Made by a program: the position numbers and the translations under genes
Shown here: one piece after another, positions 54,627 through 64,000 of the stretch
Layout of the letters: every line of letters begins with the position of its first letter
Numbering within the stretch: position 1 is the stretch's first letter
The notes under the pieces: model-generated
Database searches by the model: none
The model's input: only the letters and a program-made list of their open reading frames with translations
What the model was told of the DNA's origin: nothing
Source of the DNA: Cycas panzhihuaensis
Lineage: Eukaryota; Plantae; Cycadophyta
Direction of reading: 5' to 3'
NCBI GenBank assembly: GCA_023213395.1
Contig: CM041465.1
Coordinates: 145,583,741 to 145,647,740, forward strand
DNA: 64,000 bases

Positions 54627-57600
54627 GTAGTTCCTAAGGTAAAGTTGAGGGTTATGTGTCCAACCCCTCTTTCATGTAGTAGCAAAACTTAGCCAACATG
54701 CATTTGGTCTTTTATGTACACATGATGTATTTATATCAGATATTTCCTCTCCTCATTCAATGAATTGAATCACTATCCTTTGCATCATTGATTGCTTTGA
54801 CATAGTATAAAAGCAAGTTGAAGGGGCTGGTGCTGAGATTGTTTAAACTTAAATCTATCAAGAAAATTTTGAGAGACAATTGACTATAAAGATTCTCAAG
54901 GAGTAAACAGTCCAGTGCAAACAAGGAAAACGCTGGTATGTCGCTGTACGGAATAGTACAGAGCCATGCAAGGTTGTAAGAAATTTTTCAAAGTGCTCAA
55001 ATTCGAACAAAATTTGGTGGAAAGATTCATTTCTTCGAGTAGATCATTCTGTCCAAAAGGGTTGACTTCAAATTTGCAGCAATTAAGCAGGAAAATAAGG
55101 TTTTTTAGTGGGCACCCATCAAACCTTTGCATAGCAAATTTCCCTCTTTTGTCTCAGTGATACCAGGTAAAACTATACTCAAACTCTTCGTCTCTTCAAT
55201 ATGGTTCTTTTGACTGCAAGATTGTAGATTTTCATCAGGTATTTGTGAGATACAAGCATTTTCCCTCTTCGAACCCTAGGACAGTCATACACTTCCAAGG
55301 CTTTTTTTGAAGAACTCAAGAAATTTTACAAAAATAATTACAAATCCGGATAGCCCCAGACATTAACTTTTTTTTGAGACTGCCTTTTCACTAATCCATA
55401 CAACTGTACTTTTTCATGCAAATCCGTACGGTTGTACGACCATATGGCCAACACATAGTCTGATCAGTGTTTCATGTTCCTGCACTTTCAAATATCAGTC
55501 TTTTCTTAAAAATGGCTCCTCATTCTATCTTTGTGAAGCAGACAAATGAAATGGACAAAATTGTAGCATTTGGAAGGTAAAAATGCAAGGATTTTTAATG
55601 ACACAGAATGCCTAGGAAATAGTGATAGGAAAAGAAACTAAGCCAACTAATGTTGCACTCATAGACAATTGGGAAAAAAGAGAGAGATTGGCCCTATCTG
55701 CAATTTTGTTGTTTGTAGGAGATACTATAATAAGCCATGTCAATTTTGTCACATCCTCATCTCAAGCGTGGAATGTTTTAACCTCATTATATAGCAAGAA
55801 AAATGAAACGCAAATCATCTCACTCATGGAGCAGCTATATAAAATTAATCTCAAAGAATGAGAGATAATAATTGATTTCACAACTAAGATTGTTGAAATC
55901 AGAAATGGCTTAGCATCTACAAGTGAAACCTTAACGGATGTCAAACTTGTTTGACTAATTATTAATAAATTGCCAAAATCATTTGAGATTATGTTGACTC
56001 TTGAAGGGTATCTTACTACACTTATGAGATACCCACCCCTTTGTCAAGGTTACACAGCGCTATAGTCTAGTTCAGGACACTGTCAACATGGTCATTCACA
56101 TACATTCCACATATATTTCACAGAATGATACACAGCAGTACGGAAATCAATACATACTCAGCAAATCATCATCACAACACCAAGAATACACCCTTTTCCA
56201 CGTAACTCTTCCTTTTATTAAGTAATCAAGTCAATTTACACAGAGGTTGGAATACATTCCTGTGCATTCCAGTGACATCTGATCCTTCATTACATATGCG
56301 TCTGTGAATGGTACTTATCATCTGATGATGCTCCAAATGGCTGTCATACGTATTGTCTCCTACACCTTTGCGTACCCGTGATAATCGGCTCTCACCCTCA
56401 AGAGTATGTCATAGAATTGAATCACTCAGCTCTCACCCTTGAGCACATGACATAGGAATGAATCACTCGGCTCTCACACTGGAATGGTCCTCAAAGCACC
56501 ATTAAATATGTCCCTTTGATGCCTTTTGGATGAAAGGTTATGACCCAAAGTCATAACCATAACTTTTTCTCACCAAGGTACCCTTTCATTAGTCATTGGT
56601 TACACCTTAACCAATGCCTTAATCCTATCTGTACGTCTGTATGTACGTCTGGCAGCTCCCCAGGCTTCCACTGGTCCCGTACTGTCATGCGTACCGCTTC
56701 CGTTCGGTTCCGTTCCGCTGCTGGTACGTATTTGTGGTACGTACCCGTTCCAGGTATGCACCTGTCATACGTACCCAAAATGCTGGTTTTTTCACTATTT
56801 CGCCTTGTGCGTACCTCCGTACGGTCTATACCTGCATTCCTTTGGTCAATACAACCTGTATTCCATCTTCCTCGAGGTTTATGTCACAATATGTCCCAAC
56901 AGATTATGGTAAATACTCTTACCATAGAAGACCACACTGCAAGCATGCCTTTTGATACATTAACAGGTCATATGCTTTAACAAGAACAAAGAAATAAATG
57001 GTGTGAGGAAGGCACAGACTTTGAGGAAGCATTTGCATCAAAGCTAACTCTGGAAGGCAGAGGAAGACCAAGGAACATGTGGAAAGGACATGGCAGAAAC
57101 ACCAGAGGATGGGCCAGATCTCCAAACAGATCAACTTTTTCACCAAAAGGACATGGAAGAGGTTCCTAGGGAGCAGAAGGAAGACTGAGAGAAACCAAAG
57201 AATGATTTCATTGTTGAAGGTATAGTCACTTGTCTAGTGAATGTAGATTTTGGAACTCACAAAATTGTTTTTATTGTGAGAGAACAGGACGCTCCTCAAA
57301 TCGTTGTCCATAGAAGTAAGTTGAAATTCAAAGAGGGTAAAGAGCAAAGGGGTACTACAACAAAGAGCAGGAAGAAGACGAGGAAGAAACTGCATTCATT
57401 ACAGCTCTTTCTATATACATCAACAATGATGAAGACTGGTACATAGATTTCGGGGCGTCAAACCATATGACCAGTAAGAAGGAATGGTTTGAAACACTAC
57501 AACCATACTTTCTCAACAAATTTGTTGAGCTTGGTGACAACCTCCCTTTGCAAATCAAAGGAAAAGGCACTGTAGTTGTTGAAATTGATGGAAAATCCAA

Positions 57601-60235
57601 AAAAATAGAGACATTTTATATGTACCTAGTTTAAAAAGAAATTTGCTATCTGTATCTCAGTTGAAGTCATATTTGTGACACAAAAAAAAATGGTACTACA
57701 ATAGCAAAAGGGATTGAAATTGGTAATCTCTATAAGTTGATTTCAACACTTGTTTTGCCTAACACTTGTGTACAATTTTTGCTACCAACAACACTGTTAA
57801 TGAAATATGGCATTCCAAGTATGGGTATATTGCAAATAGGAGATTGGAATTAGTAAAAAAATCTAATATGGTGGATGAATTACCTAACACGTCCTTTGAA
57901 TCATTTGCATGCAAAGGTTATATGATGGAAAACAATCTTTGTATTCCTTTTCAACAAAGCACATGGAAAGCACAAAAGAAATTAGAATTAATTCATACAG
58001 ATTTACGTATACTAGTAACACCAAATTTAGCAAACAATGCCAAGTATTTCTTACATTCATTGATGATTTCTCCAAAAAAACTTGGGTTTACTTTCTCTCT
58101 AGCAAATCCAAAGTTCTAGATTATTTTAAAGATTTTAAAGCACAAGTGAACTAAAAAATGAATGTAAGATCAAAATTCTTCGTTTAAACAAAGGAGGTGA
58201 ATACAATTGAAAAGAATTTTGTCTATTTTGTAAAAGGAATGGGATACAAAAACAACTGACTACTCCATATACACCTCAATCAAATAGAGTAGCCGAACAC
58301 ATGAACAAAAAAATTATGAAAATGGCAAGAAGCATGATCAGTGAAAAAGGATTGACAAAAACATACTAGGCAGAAGCAATCAACACAACAGTTTATCTTA
58401 TCAACAAAAGGCCAACTCATGCTCTCAATAAGGTACTCTTGAAGAAGCATGGTTAAGCAAAAAACCAAATGTAAGTCATCTTAAAATCTTTCGAAGCAAA
58501 GCTTATGTCCACACTCCTAATAAAAAAAGAAGAAAGTTAGATGAGAAAAGTCTAGAATGCATAATTGTTGGATACAATAGTCAATCCAAAGCATATAAAT
58601 TCATAGATCCAAAAATAAATAAGATCTATGTAAGTAAAGATGTAATCTTTGATGAACAAGAAAATCAAGAAGAAAGACGAGGATACATACGAATTGAAGG
58701 GAGTGTCTAGAAAGATCTACTGATTGAAGAAATTTTTGAAATCACTACTAAAAAAGAAGATACATTAAACAGTGAGCTTCAAGAAGATGACATCTCAGAA
58801 CAACCATTGCCAATTGAAGAAGAGCAAAATATATCAGCAGAGGAACAAAGCTCATCTTAGAGCAGCAACCATGAATCTTCAAAAAAATTACCTAAATGGT
58901 ACATTAAAACACTTGAAGATTCCAAAGGGCTTGTTTTTTATCATAGAACCAGGTCACAAAAACATCAAAGTTTATTGTGTTTAATTGAATGACAAAATTT
59001 TTCAAAAGCATGTAACCATTTGGAATGGCAGAAAGCCATGGATGAAGAAATCAAAGCCATCGAGAGAAATGAAACCTGGGAGTTAATAGATGCTGCTACA
59101 AATAAACGCATTATTGATTGCAAATGGGTCTATAAAATAAAGAAGAAATCAAATGGCTCTGTTGAAAGATATAAGGCAAGACTAGTTGCAAAAGGCTATA
59201 CTCAAACTAAAGGTATAGACTATGAACAAACGTTTTTACCAGTAGCCAAATTAATCATTGTATAAACAGTGATAGCAATAGTAGCTCAAAATAATTGGAC
59301 AATTATTAAACTTGATGCCAAAAGTGCCTTTTTAAATGGAGATCTGGCTAAAAAAGTCTACATGTAGCAACTAATGGGGTATATAAAAAGTGGTCAAGAG
59401 CATCTTGTCTACAAGTTAAAAACGGCCTTGTATGGTCTAAAACAGGCACCAAACATGGTATGCAAAATTGGATCAACATCTACAACAAATAGGCTTTCAT
59501 AGATGTGATTTTGACCCCAGTCTCTACATCAAAATAAATAAAGATAAACAAATAACTATCATTGTAATCTATGTAGATGACATGATAGTTACAGGAAATG
59601 ATCATAAAACAATTTGTCAAATCAAACATCAAATGGAGAATCTGTTTGAAATGACAAATATGGGTTTACTACATTATTATCTAAGACTTGAAGTAAGCCA
59701 ACAAAAAGGATATGTTTTCATATTCCAAACAAAATATGTGAAAAAACTTCTTCAAAAATTCAGAATAGAAGACCGCAACAGTTGTGCCACTCCAATGGAA
59801 ATAGGATACATTCTAAATACAAATGATGATGGTCAAGTTGTAGATGGAATACTATACAAACAGTTGATAGGTAGTCTTATCTATCTCACAACAACGAGAC
59901 CAGATATCTCATATTTAGTAGGAGTCGTTTCCAAGTATATGCAGCATCCAAAATTAACACACTGGAATGCTGCCAAAAGAATTTTCAGATGCATCAAAGG
60001 AACTCAGACAATGGGACTCAATTATATCCAAACCACAAACCATAAACTAATTGGGTATAGTGATTCAAATTGGGCAAGAGACAAGCAAGAACAGAAATCT
60101 ACCACAGGATACTGCTTTTCACTTGGATCTGCAATTATCTCCTACTGCAGCAAGAAAGAATCTACAGTGGCACTATCATCCACAGAAGAAGAGTACAAAG
60201 TTGTTGTAAGTGCAACATGCGAAGGTGTATGGATC
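54627..60235 (+). mobile_element. Degenerate Ty1/Copia related to the 12100-36619 element, truncated in RNase H; 5' boundary uncertain
   Basis: gag SSSQAWNVLTSLYSKKNETQIISLMEQLY, protease WYIDFGASNHM, integrase, RT (YVDD), and RNase H start YSDSNWA...ALSSTEEEY, ending abruptly at ~60235. Confidence 0.85.
55992..56901. mobile_element. 910-bp solo LTR inserted in Copia gag
   Basis: TGTTG...CAACA termini with TSD GATTA at 55987-55991 and 56902-56906. Removing it restores gag ...KSFEIMVNTLTIED. Contains ~42-bp repeats at ~56385-56480. Confidence 0.88.
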
Positions 60236-63200
60236 TCATTTTACCTTGTACACCCATTTACAATTGACAACAGGTTTATCGGGGGGTAACTCTACTAGAT
60301 CTCAAGTTTGATTTTTGGCAATGGCATCCATTTCTGTATTCATTGCTAATCTCCATTTGGCATGCTCCTTTGCTTCTTCAAAGGACTGAGGCTCTAATCT
60401 ACTGAAGAGTGCTTGATGTTGCTAACTTCTAGTTCTATGTGTAAAAACATTTCCCTTTCCTTCCTCTATTGTTTTGATTTACCATTTTGGTACTTTCTTC
60501 TCCTTTTTCGGTCCTTCAATGAAGGATTCTTCAAATGATTGTTCTCCTTCTATAAGAGGAGTGGATTCTGACTCTTCTAAATCATTTTCTGTAGTTACTC
60601 CAGATTATTCAACATGAGGTTCTTCTTGAGGCTCAATTCTTGGTACTTCTTCAATTGTTTGAACTGGAGGCTTGACCTCAGTAGGGATTTCTTCATTAAA
60701 AACAACATCCATACTTACATAGATTTTATTGGTTTTGGGATCTATGCACTAGTATCCCTTTGAGTTTTTGTTGTACCCAATCATAATGCATTCTATGCAT
60801 TTTGAGTCGAGTTTTGTCCTATTTTTATATGGTATATCGACAAAGGTTGACTCCCAAAAACTTTAAAGTTACTCACATCAAGCTTTCTTCCTGTCCATCC
60901 TTCTTCAAGGGTGATCTGTTGCAGTGTTGTGGTTGGACATCGATTTGTCAGATAGCATGTTGTACTAACTGCGTCAACCTAGTAAGTTCTTGAAATTTGT
61001 TTGCCATGAATCATGATACGTGCCATTTCCATAATGGTCCTATTTTTCGTTCTACGACGTCGTTGGACTGAAGCATATAGGGAGTTGTAAGCTACCTTTG
61101 TATACCTTTAATTTTGCAGTAGTCCAAAAATTCTTTTGAAATATATTCACCCCTATCTGATACATTTAATTTTACATCCTGACTCTAATTCTACCTCAGC
61201 CTTAAATTCTTTAAATGTATCAAATACCTCTGATTTGTTATGAAGTACACCCACACCTTCCTGGTGAAATCATCAATGAAAGTTAAAAAACATCTAGAGC
61301 CATTTATGGATAGTGGTGTTAGAGGACCACATAAATCTGTGTGTGTTAGTTCTAATTTTTATTGAGCACGCCATTCGTTGGTTCTGAAGGGAAAACGATG
61401 TTGTTTTCCAAATTGACAACCTTTGCAAACAAAATGATCTGGCAAAATAAAAGGAAGCCCATTAACTACATTATTTCTTTTCATCATTTCCAACTTATCC
61501 ATAGTGAGATGCCCACACTTCAAATGCCACACTTTATTATTATCATTAGGATTTACAAAAAAATATGCCTTTACATCCATATTAGGAGCAACAGGATTGG
61601 ACAACAGTTTATAAAGGTCATTGTACTTTACCCCTTTAGTGATGACAACACCGTCATTTTTCATGTCCAATACATAGCACATGCCCTTTTCATCAAATAT
61701 AGTTCTCAAGCTTTTGCTGCTTAGTCGAGATACTAAGAGAAGATTCATCTTTAGCCCAGATACAAGAACTACATTATCAATTTTCTTTATACTACCTTGT
61801 AAGTTAACAACAATGGTTTCTACTCCTTTAATGTTTAAAGGGTACTTATCTCCCAACTCAACTAATTTTTCTGAGGAGCAGGGTTTGATGAATTCGAACC
61901 AATCTTCCCTGCTTGTCATGTGCCATGATGTTCCAAAGTCAATGTACCACATGTCCTTGTCTTGAAGACTGGTTGACAAGGCGGCAACGAAGGTTGTTTC
62001 TTCATCCTCTTCATCTGGTTGCTCCTTACTGTAGTTTCCTGCTAGTCTCTTCCCTCTTTGAATGTGTGCGCTCTGTTGAGGACATTGGTATGGGTGGTGT
62101 CTTGGCTATCCACAATGGTAGCAAACATCAAATGCTCAACATTGACTTGAGAAGTGTCTGAGTTTACCACAGTTAAAGCATACTTGAGCATCTCTGGATG
62201 GATACATATAACCGTGTCCCCTACTTTTTGACCATCTTCCTCGTGATGGAGGTTTGGATTCTGGAGCACGTTCTCTACCTCTTAATCGACCTCGTCCTCT
62301 GGAGCCTCCTATGTTTAGTTTGGTCAGAAAGGTATCTTCCATTTCAATGATATCTTCATTCTTTTTATTTCTTTGTTCCTATCTCAACAACAGATCGGTC
62401 AGTTCATCAAGAGTCATTTCTTCAATTAAGCCAATACTGGTTATTGTATTGATGGTTACATCAAATGCCTTTGGGAATTTTCCTGCCACCATTTCTACTA
62501 CTTCCCTTTCAGAGATGGTTGCCCTGGCACATAAAAAATCATTCCAAATTGTAGTGACTTTATGAATGAAGTCAGCTATTATTTCTGTTTCTTTCATAAA
62601 TACCTTAAATAACTCCTCTTTCAAAGTTATGATCCTTGCTCTATTCTTTTGGGCATAAAGATTTTCAAAAATTTTTCATATTTGAGAGTAGGAATTTGAT
62701 TTGTTAGTATATATTAAAAGATGATCAGAAACAAACATTTTCAAAGTTATTACTCCTAGATTATTTCTTTCTTCCCAATTTTTCTTGGCATCTCCTTTAG
62801 TTTCTAGCATCTTTTCTTCACCAATGGTTAATTCCCAGGCATTTTTAGCACACAAAAGTGCTTCTATTTAATTTTCCAAATGTGATAATTGTTTCTTGTC
62901 AATTTATCTGCATCATTAACACCCAAAATGGAAGATTCCATGGTTGCACTAATGAGAATAAGAATATCAATTCAGGAACAGGTTTGAAGAGTTAGGGCCA
63001 TATGGTTATACGAATTTTTGTATAGATTTCCGTACGAAATTAAAATTGTACAGATCGAAACAAAAATTACCCCAAAATGTAGATCTCCTTAATGGGTATC
63101 CAAATCTGTAATTATTTTTCGAGTATCTTTTCTGAACTGTGTGAAAACAGGCCTTAAAGGACGAAAATACGCAACTAGGGTTTTTTGAAAAAATGCTTGA

Positions 63201-63547
63201 AATTCACCAAAATTTTCACAAAGTCCCACGAAATATTAGTATCAAAAGACTTGAAATTAATAATCGAAAAGATTAAGATTGATTTTACCTGATTCTTCTC
63301 AGGATTTTCAAACGAGCAGCACGATCTACTCTGATACCATGTTAAAAGCAGACTTATTCAATTGGTGGAGGGAAAAAATCAATGCTTTATTATGTGAGGA
63401 ATTCCTCTCTTTATAAATCAAGCTTTGTAACCATTACAAAATTAATTGTAACCAATCATGAATATTATATTTGCATTATGTACAATGAGGGGTTGATTAC
63501 ATTACCCCCTTTTTAATAATCCTAAGATAAAACATTATACTCTAACA
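60236..63547 (-). mobile_element. 3'-truncated Ty1/Copia (5' LTR, PBS, gag, protease, integrase, start of RT)
   Basis: 208-bp LTR TGTTA...TAACA at 63340-63547 and PBS at 63328-63339. Knuckle CFNCGKLRHFSSQC, protease WYIDFGTSWHM, integrase; RT is cut shortly after CKWVYKVK. Confidence 0.87.
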
Positions 63548-64000
63548 ACCTGTTCAAGCACAAATAGTAATGTTTGGTGATGATGTTACATGTGATGTGG
63601 CCAAGATTGGGAAAGCTCCCATAGCTTTGAAAATTTTAAATATTGGTCATCATATCAGCAATGTCCTATATATACTTGATATGAAACAGAACTTGCTCTT
63701 TGTTAGTCAAATTTATAAGTAGAACTTTGATGTATTCTTCAGCCAAGGCATCTACACTATTTTAGATCACTCAACAAGTCAACTAGTGGCAATTGGACAA
63801 GAGGACAATGGTCTTTACATGCTTGATGGTGTGCCACTTTCCTCTGCACAGAATCTGAACTCAAGTGCCACTGTACAGTCTACTCTTGTAAATAAAGGAA
63901 AGAAGATTGTTACAGGTGACCCACCTATTAAAATGCATGGTGAATCTTCTCACATTAAGGAGCAACCTACTCGAAAGTGTACCAAAGATCAATTATAGCA
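63548..64000 (+). mobile_element. Fragment of another Copia polyprotein (protease / GAG-pre-integrase region)
   Basis: NVLYILDMKQNLLFVSQ...AIGQEDNGLYML. Confidence 0.7.

Overview
Eukaryotic land-plant genomic DNA, probably from a large-genome gymnosperm (inferred from the giant TE-filled introns and the 5S variant ...CCAGCGTTAATG...). The only host gene is a SAC9-type phosphoinositide phosphatase on the minus strand. Three consecutive internal exons are present (52906-53504, 49828-49960, 9832-11069), all with GT-AG boundaries and matching phases; the first and later exons appear to lie outside the window. Everything else is intronic and dominated by nested retroelements. An old plus-strand Copia was hit by an apparently full-length L1-type LINE with an RNase H domain, that LINE was hit by a young Copia (TSD GTCGA), and the old Copia was separately hit by a chromodomain Gypsy (TSD TTGCA). 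There are also non-autonomous LTR elements, a solo LTR, a hAT-like MITE and further Copia relics. The most unusual feature is the LINE's 5' end: a colinear, nearly complete 5S rRNA sequence (nt ~11-120, 12794-12903) fused directly to the LINE leader, i.e. a candidate 5S-headed LINE or 5S-LINE chimera.
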